Origin: Eledone cirrhosa
Lineage: Eukaryota
Assembly (NCBI GenBank): GCA_964016885.1
Contig: OZ024751.1
Span: 6,448,001-6,512,000, forward strand
Direction: 5' to 3'
DNA length: 64,000 bases
A program made the translations under genes and the position numbers. Positions 1-13,409 of the stretch are shown here, one piece after another (position 1 is the stretch's first letter; each line of letters opens with the position of its first letter). The notes below the pieces were generated by a model, which saw only the letters and a list, made by a program, of their open reading frames with translations, was not told the DNA's origin and searched no databases.

Positions 1-1483
1 GGATTAGAAACTTAGAAACTAAATCGCGATGTATTACGTATTTAAGAAACAACGTTGAACGTTAGGTCCCTTATGTTTTTCAATAGCTCATTCAGTGGTT
101 TGATACTATATTCAGCCCTATATTCCGAACCTCTGCCAACTACCGTAGGGCTGTAGTCACGCATTATACATCTCTTTTTATTTTGACATTTCCGGTAACT
201 TATTCTCTAGGTGTTTACATTTGAGAAGAATTTCAAACGCCTTTATTTAGAATGCGTTATTATTCTGTCATTCCAAATCAATTATGATACAGAACAGTAT
301 CAATATTGTGATTTGTACGAGGCCTGTTACCAGACTACTAACAAAATTGACAGGAAGTCTCAATAAAAGTGTACCAAAGAAGGACATTATCGATGACTTC
401 CGCTGCTGGTTCATCCTGGCATTTACAGGTAGAGAAGGAACATGAACAATGACCAGATAAATTATCTAAAAGAGAAGGGAGCTTGCAAATAAAGAACCAA
501 AATTCAAAGCAGTCTATTGGGGTCATACAATAGGGAGGGAAAATCGATAGGAGAGGTGGTCTATTGTATGAGTTTCCACCCCCAAGACGCGTCAAGAATG
601 GTTTTGAGGAGCATTCTCTTTACAGTAGAAACGAATAGTAAATCTAAAACCAACTACGAGGTTGCTCAGAAACCCCTGTTTTTAAATACCCACAGATTGA
701 GGCTCCTTATAGATCGAACGAGATCATAATTTGTTCAATCACAGAAGGCAACCATCTGCATGGAGCACATAATTATCGAAGATAAAGATGAGATGAATAA
801 TCAACAAGGATGATGTATTGGTCGAGGGAGAGGAAGGTTTTAGAAAAACGAAAAATGTTACTCGACAACAAATACGAAATGTGAGAACAAGTTGAAGTAA
901 CAAGCATGTGAGTTGATTTACCCATCGTACAGCAAACAACGGCTTTACAGTCATTCTAAAGTCCAGCTATATTTTCGTCGAGATGGGCCGTGGGGGCGGT
1001 CATTTGCTCATAAAATTGAGAAATGGGGAGAGCGGGAAAAATGGGAGCAGTGACAGTGGAAGTTTGGCTCCTTTGTGTTCGGCCTCGTTTATATGGATAT
1101 ATTTATTTACAGCACTTACACACACACGCACCCAAGCATAGTTGACTAGGTTTGGCACTTCTTGTTTTGACCACAATATATCTCTTTTAGAGTACTATCA
1201 TACCAGTCCATAGGTTTGATCAATCATGAATGAAAAGAGTAGTGTGCTAATTATGGTGGTGGAAATCAGGCCGGATTTTAACTGACCGCGGAAATGATAG
1301 TTTCCTTGTGTAATCTATTCTAATAGAGCAGAGATTCTCAAACCATTTGGGCCACCGCCCACTAACGGCCACGTAATACCCTCAGCGCCCTTCAACCCTA
1401 TTTCCAGAGAGACCTGCCCACACGCAAATTGTAAATAATATATGATTGATAAAATCATTAATTTATATAGAATAAATAATATA

Positions 1484-1590
1484 ATTGTTTCTACTTTTGG
1501 CACAATGCCAGCAATTACACAGTGTATTACTGGTACTTTATGTTATCGACCCCGTAAGGATGAAAGGCAAAGTTAACCTCGGCGGGATTT
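1484..1590 (-). mobile_element. tRNA-derived SINE family 1, 5'-truncated copy
   Basis: Matches the 3' two-thirds of the full copies at 3003-3190 and 18866-19052 (ACTGGTACTTTA..ATCGACCCCGTAAGGATGAAAGGCAAAGTTAACCTCGGCGGGATTT). Confidence 0.85.
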
Positions 1591-1705
1591 ATATAAATAA
1601 TATAATATACACTATGTATAAATAAATATTATATCTTTCTTTACTTTACTATATTTATACATATGTATGATTTGATATTTAATATACTATTACATCGTCT
1701 CTATA

Positions 1706-1925
1706 GTGGAGGCATGTAGCCTAGTGTTAAGTGTGTTATGATCATAATGCCTGGGATTCGATTCCTGGATTGTGTGTTGTGTTCTTGAACAAAACACTTC
1801 ATCTCACGTTGCTCCAGTATACTCAGCTGAAAATGAGTACTTGTCCAGGAGGAAGTATTGTACTATCAGTCGCTTCACGCCATGAAACCGGGAGAAGCCC
1901 CGACCAAATGAGCCTTCTGGGTTAA
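1706..1925 (+). mobile_element. tRNA-derived SINE family 2 (CORE-like central domain)
   Basis: Head GGAGGCATGTAGCCTAGTGTT (A-box-like) and GATTCGATTCC (B-box-like), then TGTTCTTGAACAAAACACTTCATCTCACGTTGCTCCAGT..CTCAGCTG; homologous to the reverse complement of 46365-46497. Confidence 0.7.
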
Positions 1926-2444
1926 GTCTCTACCACGCAATCTCCACAGCCTCCTTAGGCTGCAGCACTCACTGGGCCTCCTCAACTCCACCAGGGGGTG
2001 ATAATGCCCACTTTGAGAATCTCTGCAATCACCACCTAAAGACTGCTGGCTCAGCAGCCGTAGAATATTACTGATCCATCAAATTATATTAGACGGATCA
2101 GGTAATGTTCGGTTCCAATAGGAATAATAGCGGGCGTTCAAAATCATGTAGATCTGTAATCCAAAATAAGTGACAGTATCTCTTCTTGCTGTACATGGGA
2201 TATATATTTTCGTATCTCATTTCATTATGAATATTTAAAATTTAAATAGGAAACGAATTGGCAGCGTCCTTTGAACGGCTCCCTCTGCAATGAGTCCTGA
2301 ATGCCCACGGAAGTAAACTTTGGCTTTCGACATTTTATGCTCAATGAAAAAGTACCAGTCTAGTAACGGATTAGATTCTCTCTCTATTTATTTCTCACTT
2401 CTGCTCTATCACGTTCCTCTATACTCTGAAAAAATCCTTCTTTT

Positions 2445-2481
2445 TTGAGAGTGAGAGAGACAGAGAGATACACAGAGACAG

Positions 2482-2532
<51 letters not shown>

Positions 2533-2566
2533 GAGAGAGAGAAAGAGACAGATAGAGTGAGAGAGA
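2445..2566. repeat. (GA)n compound microsatellite
   Basis: Direct reading. Confidence 0.95.
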
Positions 2567-2666
2567 AGGGGCTCAGTTAGATTGTTCAAAATGTGTATAA
2601 CACTACAGCGTTCTACTATTTAATCGGAAATTAAAATTCAATACATACATAGATTCATTATATTAA

Positions 2667-2805
2667 GCATAGTTACGTCCCTTTACAGTCTGAGTTCAAA
2701 TCCCGCCGAGGTTAACTTTTCCTTTCATTTTTACGGCGTCGATAAAATAAAGTACCAGTAATATACTGTGTGATTGCTGGCTTTGTGCCAAAAGTAGAAA
2801 CAATT
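2667..2805 (+). mobile_element. SINE family 1 copy, head truncated
   Basis: GAGTTCAAATCCCGCCGAGGTTAAC..GTCGATAAAATAAAGTACCAGT..GTGCCAAAAGTAGAAACAAT. Confidence 0.85.
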
Positions 2806-3002
2806 ATATTATTTTGAGTAAATGAAAAGGAAAATGTTAATGAAGCGTACTATATATTACAATATTTCCATCTATTCTCTTGTTTATAAATAATATAATT
2901 AATTTAGTTAGAACCGTACTATTCTCGACAAATATTCAATAATGTAATCTGAAGGGATTTATGCTTAATTAAAAACATACATATATTTAATTACTAATTA
3001 TA

Positions 3003-3190
3003 ATTGTTCTACATTAGGCACAAGGCTAGCAATTATTCAGTGAATTACTGGTACTTTATTTTATCGACCTCGTAAGGATGAAAGGCAAAGTTAACCTCGG
3101 CGGGATTTGAACTCAGAATGGCAAGGGCCGTAACTCTACGCGTCAAAGCATGGCGTCCGACCCTCTACCGATACTGCCAATCCACCGCCC
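3003..3190 (-). mobile_element. SINE family 1, full length
   Basis: Minus strand begins GGGCGGTGGATTGGCAGTATCGGTAGAG (A box), has B box GAGTTCAAATCC, central GCCTTTCATCCTTACGAGGTCGATAAAATAAAGTACCAG and the shared 3' end. Confidence 0.9.
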
Positions 3191-4101
3191 TATAATTACT
3201 AATTATAATGCCACGTGATATGCAACACAGAACATCGTCACGTTCATATTTTTGTAATAGTTATGTGATGTGTCTCTATGGATGTTTCCAGCGATAACAA
3301 TATATTTCAATTCCGTGAATCCATTATATTCTAGCGTGTGGTTTTATGATAAGTGCACACTATGAATACAGATATGGGAATCTGATTTGTCTGTCTTCAT
3401 TATTTGTATCCGTAAATGTGACATATTGCTCATCAACTATTATTACAAATTGAATACGTTAACTAGCGAATGTTATAACCTTTGCTTATTACTAAATTAA
3501 TTTCGTTGGTAGTAATGACTAAATTGAGCCAGCATATATTGACGTCACTAAACAGTCTTCGCCTGTCTAATTAGTGTCAAATCAAACGAGAAAAGATCAG
3601 AGTTTATCGTGTTAGTTTAATATATTAAAATTATGTCAGTAGTTTAATACAGAAATTTATTTCAAAATTCTGAGGATTGTAAATAAAACTAACCAACACA
3701 TGTATTCCATCCTCTCCACCGTGGCGGATGCTATTTAATTCTACTAACGTTCAGTATGTGTTTGGTGATATATTTTGGTAGCTTCGATAAGCAGCAGTTC
3801 TAGAATTTGAATTTCATTCATTAATGACATAATCAAAGTATGAAGAGTATAACAACCCTTCCAGAAAAATAACTGTAATATATATATAATATATTTTCGA
3901 TTTTTGTTTGTCTTTAATCGGACCTTTTTTCTGTTTCTCCAGTATGATCCTATCTCTATTTTGTTCTCCCAAAGAAGGGCCCGACACGTCGGACTTCCTT
4001 TCCTCTTTCCAATATAAAGCGTGAAACAAATAAGACTTTTTGTACTTGTTTGTTGTCACATTGATCTCTATCTCTCTCTTTATCTTTGTCTCTCTCTCTC
4101 T

Positions 4102-4170
<69 letters not shown>

Positions 4171-4173
<3 letters not shown>

Positions 4174-4327
4174 GTTTCTACTTTAGGCACAAGGCCAGCA
4201 ATTATCCAGTGCATTACTGGTACTTTATTTTATCGACCCCGTAAGGATTTAAGGCAAAGTCAACCTCGGCGGGATTTGAACTCAGATCGTAAACGGACGT
4301 AACTATGCTGGAAATACTGCCAATCCA
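4171..4327 (-). mobile_element. SINE family 1 copy abutting (TA)n
   Basis: Same sequence as 3003-3190 with an internal deletion in the head. Confidence 0.85.
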
Positions 4328-4329
4328 TA

Positions 4330-4932
4330 TTCATATATCATTTCCTCTGCTGTGACCCGTCTGTTTCTTTCTTACTGCATCCTCTTTTCTCTGTATGTCT
4401 CACTTCCTTTTACCACCTCTAACAGTCACTCTCTCTGTTAGCCTCTTCCTCACACGTTCACTCACTCACTCTCTGCTACTCCCTCTCCTACTTCCACCCG
4501 TTTGACCTGTGCGAGATTCTTTCCTCACGCACACTTCGACCAGATCGTATGGTCTTTATTCTCTCTCGTCTACGATTTCACAGAACTTATGTTCCTCGAT
4601 TTCAGGGACTTGACTCCTACTTCCTCCCGTTTGACCTGTGCGAAATTCTTTCCTTGCTCATATTTCGACTAGGTTTGATGGTCTTTATTCTCTCTCAACC
4701 ACGATTTCACAGAACTTATGTTCATCGATTTCAGGGACTTGACTCCTCCTTCCTCACTTTTCGTTGCATTACCATCTTTGATTGTTTACTGCCACGCTCG
4801 TTCCCCCTATTTACGTGTTCCAACGACTTTCTTTAGCCGTTGATTGCACCAACCGGAGGTATATGGTCTTTAAAGCCATGAAATGCCAATGAAGGTTGGA
4901 AGCTCACTAATGAAGGACAAAATTTATTCGTA
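4330..4932 (+). mobile_element. Non-coding interspersed repeat, same family as tandem units 50780-52064; putative non-autonomous PLE/pLTR derivative
   Basis: 4800-4930 aligns to the reverse complement of 51420-51570; internal duplication CCGTTTGACCTGTGCGA..GATTTCACAGAACTTATGTTC at ~4498-4620 and ~4627-4750. Confidence 0.6.
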
Positions 4933-5131
4933 TATATATATATATGTATATATATATGTGTGAGCAGGTATGTAAACATGAATGGACCTGTTATTTTTAT
5001 CTAAAGACATTCTTTCCAAATCCATCCCGTCCGAAACTTTAAGACCCTCTTCCTGCTATATCAAGTGTTAATCTAATATATCCCTTCTATATACTGTACC
5101 GATTGTGTTGTTATTTCTGTTTACCCTTTAC

Positions 5132-5163
<32 letters not shown>

Positions 5164-5164
5164 C

Positions 5165-5241
<77 letters not shown>

Positions 5242-6089
5242 TGTGGTGCTAATGATGGGAGTATCCAATACATGGGGAACGGTAGAGTAGGTATAGAGCA
5301 CGGAGCCAAGCCATTTCAGCCTGTCTTATTTTCCCCTTTCCTTCCTCTTCTCACTCTTTATCCGTATTTTTAACTGTATTTTCTGATGAAGAACAAGTGA
5401 CCGATTCGTTAAGGCTTTTTTCCTACAATTTTAAGCTTTAAACTAATATATTTCTTATATATATTGTGTAGTTTGCTTTGCTATTTCTGTTTATATTTTA
5501 ACACACATACATATATGTATGTGCGTGCGTGTGTGTGTGTGTGTATTCGTATGTAATTAATATTAAAGTTAATACATAATATACTAAGTATTAACTGTTA
5601 ATCATTAGTGTGTGTGACTATGGAGAAGTTAAGTAGTTTACAAATATATATATCAGATAATTATTTATTATATAATCATTCATGTAGTTTCATTTATCAA
5701 TATTTGAATGTTCATGGTAGAAGATTGTGTGAATAGATTTTGCCTCGCAGCATTTTGCCCGACGTCCAATTTGGTTTTGAAGTAAACATCCACATAAGTT
5801 ACGTTTAACTTTCACTGTTTCATGGTCGTTAAGATAAAGTATCTGCTATTCTCACAAAAGTGAGGATTCATGTGCAAGTTAGACCTGCATTCAGTCATAT
5901 TGAACCTTATAGAAACACATTAGATATAGTATTTTATGATGATAGAACGTTCTATATTCTGAGTTCAAATCCTTCTCTAAGTGAGATGATAACATACTTT
6001 CCACTGCTCAAAATACACTTAACTAAGAATGGGTTGATGAAAGCGTGTTTATCTTCAATTTTAGAAAGTAAATTAATATAGACATTTAT

Positions 6090-6250
6090 GTCGGACGTCA
6101 TGCTTTGATTCATAGAGTTACGGCCCTTTCTATTCTGAGTTCAAATCCCGCCGAGGTCAACTTGGCCTTTCATCCTTACGGGATCGAGAAAATAAAGTAC
6201 CAGTAATGTACTAGGTAAAGGCTGGTCATGTACCAAAAATAGAAACAATT
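6090..6250 (+). mobile_element. SINE family 1 copy
   Basis: B box GAGTTCAAATCC, central domain and 3' end AGAAACAATT. Confidence 0.85.
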
Positions 6251-6458
6251 GTTTACAGTAACAATTATTTACGTACAGGGACGTAACTGTGGCAATAATA
6301 AAAAAGGGAAACAACAGGAAGGAAATAATAGGGATATATATAGAAAAAATAGAGAAAGTAAGAAGAAAAAGAACGGGAAGGGGAGAGGGTGACAGGGCTC
6401 TGGTTTCACAGAAGAGATGGGAGGTGTGAAGGGGGGGGGGGGTGATTGGGCTTTGGGC

Positions 6459-6762
<304 letters not shown>

Positions 6763-6814
6763 TATATATAAATATACATATATATATATCTATGTATGTA
6801 TATATATATATATG

Positions 6815-6870
<56 letters not shown>

Positions 6871-7136
6871 CGTATTTAAGAAAGCCACAACAATGCAAAT
6901 ATATATATATATATTTCGTTTCTGAATTTGTTTAGCAGGATTCTTTATCTGAAATCGTGTGTTGAAACCGATATTGTTATACTTTGGGAGGGTCATGTTG
7001 CCAATAAGAAACACACGCACCAGATGTTTTCACTTCAATTTATTATATATTTATAAATTTATAAATTTACAAATCTACAAACTTATAAATTTCTGGTTGG
7101 TTGGTTGGTTCCACAACCAGATAGTTGTTTATATAT

Positions 7137-7181
7137 AGTCATAGTCCTTTCGTCACACACTCTGTGACCTCTTCAGTGACT
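7137..7181 (-). ncRNA. Minimal type I hammerhead ribozyme in inverted pLTR
   Basis: Reverse complement of 10530-10574. Confidence 0.75.
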
Positions 7182-8072
7182 GGGGATTCCTTTCTTTGTT
7201 TCTGTGCCTTTCCTTTCTTCTATCCTACGCCATTTTGTTTCTGTGTGTGTGTTGTGTGCTCAGTTTGCGCATGCGCCACATCTGGGTGTCTGTGTGTGTT
7301 TGTGTTCATTTATCTATTTGTTTATTTATTTATTTATTTATTGTTGGTTGGTTGTTTGTTCAGACACAAACAACAATAACAACAACACACACATCAACAA
7401 CAACAACAATAGCAACATACCCAGATACAACAACAACAGACACGCAGACACAAACAAAAATAACAACACACACAACAACGATAACGCACACGGAGACAAC
7501 AACAACACACATCAACAACAGCACACATCAACAACAACAACACACACGCATTCAATGCCTCTCACCACCACCACAATCTTAACAAACACACAGACCCAGA
7601 AAACAAGTAATGACAGTAGCACAGAAATCAGAGAAATAAGGGAAAGTAATAGGATTAATAGGAAAAGGAGATGGGAGACTAAGGACAAAGAGAATAACCA
7701 AGACGAACACACAGACACACAAAATAGGGTAGATAACAACATTGAGCCAGTGGAAAGAGACAGGAGTAATTATGAGAGACATAGAAACAACCATGAGGCT
7801 GTTGGTGGAAATAGAAATAGAAACAACACAACTAACAATAACAATAGCACTAGTACACATAAAGCAGCAGCCTGGAACTCTCCGTTTTATAATCCCTCCG
7901 ATAAATCATTCGACCTGCGACGAGTCCACGCCACGACTTTGCCATTTAACAAACGCACGCAGTTGCACAATTTAGTATAGCTAAATCCGAACTTAGAAAT
8001 ATTATAGAACAGTATAGCAAGAAGCATAATAGAATAGAGGCCCAGCAACTGGGAGAAAAATCTGCAAATGGC

Positions 8073-10157
8073 TTGCGTAAGCTCATGCAGCGCTCGCGTA
8101 ATGGAGAGATAGCATGCTTTCCAACAGACAAGTCTGGCAGAATGTCGGTTGACAGCCTGCCAAACTACATCCAGGCAATGCAACCCCACATCACTAACAC
8201 AAGAGAGGTAACACCACAGGAGCATGAGGATAGAGAAAAAGCCCTCAATGCCCATATGGTGATGTGGACGAATATAATGCGGCCCAACAAAAGGACTGCC
8301 AACAACTTCCAGGCCTGGAACAATGACGTGCCGGCATTGCATGGGCTTCGAAAAGACCATAAAACGGGATGGGACCCTGTCGCGGGACCACCAACACGGC
8401 CAGTCTGTGGAGCTAACATTGCTAGTAACTACAGACTGTCCTACTTCCTCTCCCTGATCATACGCCCCATCATTGAGATGTCCCCAGATGTATGTGACAG
8501 CACGGAGGACCTCCTCAGCAGAATCGGCGCGGGTAACCGATCTGGGGACCTAACAAACTGCATAATAGGCAGTATAGATGTTGTGTCCCTGTATCCATCT
8601 ATTGACGTGGATTTTGCTGTGGAGAAATGCGTAGAAATGGTCAGCGAGAGCAAGGTTGAGTTCCGTGGGATTGATACCAGTGAGCTGGGACTTCTACTTA
8701 AGCTTACCCATAGTAATAGTTACCTAGACACTTATGACCTTAGCAACCTGTGCCCTACAAGACCAGCAAGAGGCAGACCACCTACCATTACCTCAATGGC
8801 CAAGAAAACCCACACAGATAGATGGAACGGGTGGACCAGAGCCATACGGACACCCGAAAACGACGATGAACTGAAGAAAATGATTGCACATGCGGTAGGG
8901 GCCAGCATAAAATTAACCCTTAAGGAACATATGTTCAAATTTAATGGTAAAACATGTGCCCAAGAGGAAGGAGCAGCCATTGGTGTTAGCATTGCAGGCG
9001 ACATAGCTAACTTATTCATGGTATGGTGGGACAGTAGACTTAAACAAAAACTTAAAGAACAATTAGAAGACAGCTTAACCCTGATAAGGTACTCCCGCTA
9101 CGTAGATGATATAAACATCGTAGTTAAGACACCCCCACTAAAGAACAGTCAGGAACTAGAGAAAAACACAATGGAAAGCATCCAGCAAATAGCAAACTCT
9201 ATTCACCAGAGCATTAGAGTTACTATAGACTACCCAAGTAGACACCCCAACCATCGATTACCTGTACTAGACACAGAGCTCTGGTTAGATACCATTAACA
9301 ACCAAAAACAAATCCTCCATTCCCATTATGCCAAACCCATGACTTCCAAACATCTGATCCACCGAAACTCGGCCATTTCGGACCATACCAAAATCAACAT
9401 ACTGATTGCGGATTTGGTACGGGTGATGAGAAATGTGTCCCGCATGTGCAACCCCGAAGAACTAGAGAGACACATACAGCACTTCATCCACCGTATGCAG
9501 TTCTCTGGCTACAATCAGAGAGATAGAATCAGAGTGTATAAAGGGGCCAGAACCAAATGGGAAAAAATGGTAAATAATGACATAAATGGGACCTGCCCCT
9601 TGTATAGGAGCAAATTTTGGAATAGAATAGAAAGAACTAGGAACAAGGCCAATAGAATAAACTCATGGTATGATAGCAATAAATACCAGAGTGTAATGTT
9701 CATCAATACAACCCCTAGAGGCGAACTAGCCTACACATTTAGAAGGGCCCTAAATAAACATAAACTCAATATTAAGATAGTAGAAAGACCAGGTACCTCC
9801 GTAAAAACACTTATTAGCAAGACATACCCGTTCCAAAGACCCTCATGTATAGATAAGAAATGTATAACCTGTAAAATAAGCCCCCATATTAACTGTAAAA
9901 CTAGAAATGTAGTGTATAGCATCAGATGTACTGAAGGACAATGTAGAAACAAAAATATAGTGTACATAGGTGAGACAGCTCGTAGTATAGGGGAACGAAT
10001 AAATGAACACTGGCGAGACCTTCAAGATAATAAAGAATCATCTGTGCCCTACCAACATGCTAAGATAGAACACAGGGGTATATTAGAGAACATAGAAATA
10101 AAAATAGAATCCACACACAGAAAAGATGCAATGTTAGGCAAATTACAGAGGGAGTAA
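8073..10157 (+). CDS. PLE reverse transcriptase + C-terminal GIY-YIG endonuclease (frameshifted near both ends)
   Basis: Motifs PTDKSG, LHGLRKDHK, TRPV, SIDVVSLYPSI, GAAIG, RYVDDI, LPVLD, CxxxxCxxC linker, NVVYSIRC..VYIGET. The upstream frame (..DLRRVHATTLPFNKR) joins at ~7950-7980; a shift at ~10134 restores RQITEGVSIKELQPKLNRKYEW ending at 10228. Confidence 0.92.
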   Translation: MRKLMQRSRNGEIACFPTDKSGRMSVDSLPNYIQAMQPHITNTREVTPQEHEDREKALNAHMVMWTNIMRPNKRTANNFQAWNNDVPALHGLRKDHKTGWDPVAGPPTRPVCGANIASNYRLSYFLSLIIRPIIEMSPDVCDSTEDLLSRIGAGNRSGDLTNCIIGSIDVVSLYPSIDVDFAVEKCVEMVSESKVEFRGIDTSELGLLLKLTHSNSYLDTYDLSNLCPTRPARGRPPTITSMAKKTHTDRWNGWTRAIRTPENDDELKKMIAHAVGASIKLTLKEHMFKFNGKTCAQEEGAAIGVSIAGDIANLFMVWWDSRLKQKLKEQLEDSLTLIRYSRYVDDINIVVKTPPLKNSQELEKNTMESIQQIANSIHQSIRVTIDYPSRHPNHRLPVLDTELWLDTINNQKQILHSHYAKPMTSKHLIHRNSAISDHTKINILIADLVRVMRNVSRMCNPEELERHIQHFIHRMQFSGYNQRDRIRVYKGARTKWEKMVNNDINGTCPLYRSKFWNRIERTRNKANRINSWYDSNKYQSVMFINTTPRGELAYTFRRALNKHKLNIKIVERPGTSVKTLISKTYPFQRPSCIDKKCITCKISPHINCKTRNVVYSIRCTEGQCRNKNIVYIGETARSIGERINEHWRDLQDNKESSVPYQHAKIEHRGILENIEIKIESTHRKDAMLGKLQRE

Positions 10158-10529
10158 GCATAAAAGAATTACAACCAAAATTAAATAGAAAATATGAGTG
10201 GTACAGCAACATCACAACTTATAATTAAGGACAAAATGAAAACACACACAGGACAAAATGAAAACACACACACACATAGAACAAACAACTTACAATTAAG
10301 AACAAAATGAAAACACACACAGGACAAAATGAAAACACACACACACATAGAACAAACAACCAACCAACAATAAATAAATAAATAAATAAACAAATAGATA
10401 AATGAACACAAACACACACAGACACCCGGATGTGGGGCATGCGCAAACTGAGCACACAACACACACACAGAAACAAAATGACGTAGGATAGAAGAAAGGA
10501 AAGGCACAGAAACAAAGAAAGGAATCCCC

Positions 10530-10574
10530 AGTCACTGAAGAGGTCACAGAGTGTGTGACGAAAGGACTATGACT
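10530..10574 (+). ncRNA. Minimal type I hammerhead ribozyme in pLTR
   Basis: AGTCA-CTGAAGA-G-GTCAC-agagtgt-GTGAC-GAAA-GGAC-TA-TGACT: 5-bp stem I, 5-bp stem II, minimal stem III, CUA cleavage triplet. Confidence 0.78.
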
Positions 10575-10735
10575 ATATATAAACAACTATCTGGTTGTGG
10601 AACCAACCAACCAACCAGAAATTTATAAGTTTGTAGATTTGTAAATTTATAAATTTATAAATATATAATAAATTGAAGTGAAAGCAACTGGTGCGTGTGT
10701 TTCTTATTGGCAACATGACCCTCCCAAAGTATAAC

Positions 10736-10777
<42 letters not shown>

Positions 10778-11016
10778 TATATACATATATATATATCTAT
10801 GTATATATATATATATGTATATATACATATATACATGTATATATATATACATATATATATATACATATATATATATTGTTATACTTGGGGAGGGTCATAT
10901 TTTTGTAATAATATTGCCAGAATTAATAAGAGAACACACTCACTGTTTGGTTGGTTTTCACTTCTGTATCTTTTATATCAGTTAATTTATTCGGTCCCCC
11001 AAAACCTCGCAAATCT

Positions 11017-11471
<455 letters not shown>

Positions 11472-11479
11472 ACGATATA

Positions 11480-11840
11480 GAAACAAATGGAGACTATATT
11501 TATAAAACCATATTTAATTCATTATACATATTTCAAGGACAACAAGTTAAATTATCGTGTGCTTTCATCAGATAAAATATAATATATTGTAATATAATAT
11601 GTCGCATTTTTTAAGGGTATGTCAATATTTATTTATAAAATTGATCTATATTATATGTTATGTGATGAAAGTACACTATGATTTAACTTGGTGTCCTTGA
11701 AAAAAATATGGTTTTATAAATGTAGTTTCCAATTGTTAATATATCGTATTTTTACTCCAGCAATTTGTTGAGTGCTTTATATCAGTCATAAAAATATTTG
11801 CTTGTTGTATCCCAACAATTTAAATAGAACTTCTACATAT
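11480..11840. mobile_element. Non-autonomous fold-back pLTR unit (family D) with HHR
   Basis: Homologous to 34258-34520 and 52151-52498; partly inverted internal copies. Confidence 0.7.
11516..11578 (-). ncRNA. Minimal type I hammerhead ribozyme (family D)
   Basis: Minus strand: ATTTTAT-CTGATGA-AAGCACACGA..TTGTTGTCCTT-GAAA-TATGTA-TA-ATGAATT; stem II partly eroded. Confidence 0.6.
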
Positions 11841-11848
11841 ACACACAC

Positions 11849-11933
<85 letters not shown>

Positions 11934-12011
11934 TATAAATATACATATATACATATATATATATATATACATAATTATATATATATACATATATATATAT
12001 TTAAAAGAATA

Positions 12012-12420
12012 GAGGTGTAACACACGAGTTATGATATATTGGTAAAAGGAAAAGAAAATGCTGATAAATTGTTCCCAGTGAAAAATAGTTTAATTAGGAA
12101 TAAGTAAAAATTAGTAATAGTATTGGTTAGTATTCAGTTTTGGTTTTAAGTTTTACCGGTTGCGCATTTCTAATTCTTTTCAAAAATAGTTTTGTGATAG
12201 AGCGCCCGTTATGTTTGCTCTAATCTGATTAGTTTTGGAAATTCTACCTGTTTTATGTAAACAAAAGTGGCTCCAGATGTATGAAAAAATTCTTGTGGTC
12301 AAAACAATTTTCATTGGTCGGTAGAGGTCATGTGAATGTTAAAAATTGATTTTGCGCCAAATGTAGGTTTATCTCGGCTGATTGAGAAGTCACTGAAAAA
12401 TAAGTCTTTCAAGACAAATA
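12012..12420 (-). mobile_element. PLE pLTR-type fragment with degenerate U3-A8 HHR, homologous to 28820-29070
   Basis: Shares AGGTGTAACACACGAGTT..GTAAAAGGAAAAGAAAATG; minus strand TTGAAAA..GCAA-CCGG-TA. Confidence 0.55.
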
Positions 12421-12532
12421 TGTGTGTGTGTGTGTGTGTAGTAGTAGTAAATATATTCATTGTTGTGATAATGGTCAGCAGGGATGTGTGCGAACCGCAG
12501 CTTGTTGACAGTTCAAATGCCTATTAAGACAA

Positions 12533-12600
<68 letters not shown>

Positions 12601-12611
12601 ATATATGTATA

Positions 12612-12685
<74 letters not shown>

Positions 12686-12922
12686 TGCTACTGTACGTCT
12701 GTATACATATATGTATGTACGTGTACACATACTTACATTTAAGTAAGTGCCGTACCAAAGAGTGAGAAATGAAATTTCGTTTTCATTTTATTTCAACTTA
12801 TCGTTTTCGGTATGCCTGACCGACTTAGCTCACTCGATATGCAAATTAGGCTGCTCAGCCGTTAATTTTCATAGGGAAAGTATATACTTTCGAACGTTCA
12901 ACTATCTGGCAGATGGGTATAC

Positions 12923-12961
12923 GGTGCTGATGATAGCTAACAAGCTTGAAACTAGTACATC
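12923..12961 (+). ncRNA. Minimal type I hammerhead ribozyme
   Basis: GGTG-CTGATGA-T-AGCT-aaca-AGCT-T-GAAA-CTAG-TA-CATC; palindromic stem III CUAG; GUA triplet. Confidence 0.8.
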
Positions 12962-13123
12962 TTTCCTGTGTCAGTGTTGAACAAAAAGGTGACGTGGTTG
13001 CCTTAACACCGTACGGCATGAAAATTCAGGCTGTTCAGTTTGTTTACAAACGAACAAAGCGGCGTTATAATAAGCGTCCACTAAACTGATACGTGCATAT
13101 ATGTATGTGTACCTGTATGTATA

Positions 13124-13173
<50 letters not shown>

Positions 13174-13409
13174 TGCTACTGTACGTCTGTATACATATAT
13201 GTATGTAAGTGTACACACATACTTACATTTAAGTAAGTGCCGTACTAAGAGTGAGAAATGAAATTTCGTTTTCATTTTATTTCAACTTATCGTTTTCGGT
13301 ATGCCTGACCGACTTAGCTCACTCGATATGCAAATTAGGCTGCTCAGCCGTTAATTTTCATAAGGAAAGTATATACTTTCGAACGTTCAACTATCTGGCA
13401 GATAGGTAT

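Larger units (their letters stand above)
6912..10736 (+). mobile_element. Penelope-like element (family A), near full length, with 387-bp inverted pLTRs
   Basis: 6975-7361 is the near-perfect reverse complement of 10350-10736; RT + GIY-YIG ORF inside; flanked by (TA)n on both sides. Confidence 0.93.

Noticed and set aside
300-1000. Possible ancient LINE remnant or exon
   Set aside because: No convincing motif in any frame.
3100-3190. tRNA gene
   Set aside because: The A and B boxes belong to a multi-copy SINE head; no cloverleaf.
5378-5420. CTGATGA hammerhead candidate
   Set aside because: No GAAA half or stem I partner; at best a decayed motif.
7204-7980. 258-aa Asn-rich ORF as a separate gene
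   Set aside because: It begins inside the inverted pLTR and its end is the frameshifted N-terminus of the PLE ORF.
8073-10157. Naiad-type selenoprotein PLE
   Set aside because: The endonuclease is C-terminal, there are no in-frame TGA codons, and an HHR is present; Naiads have an N-terminal endonuclease.
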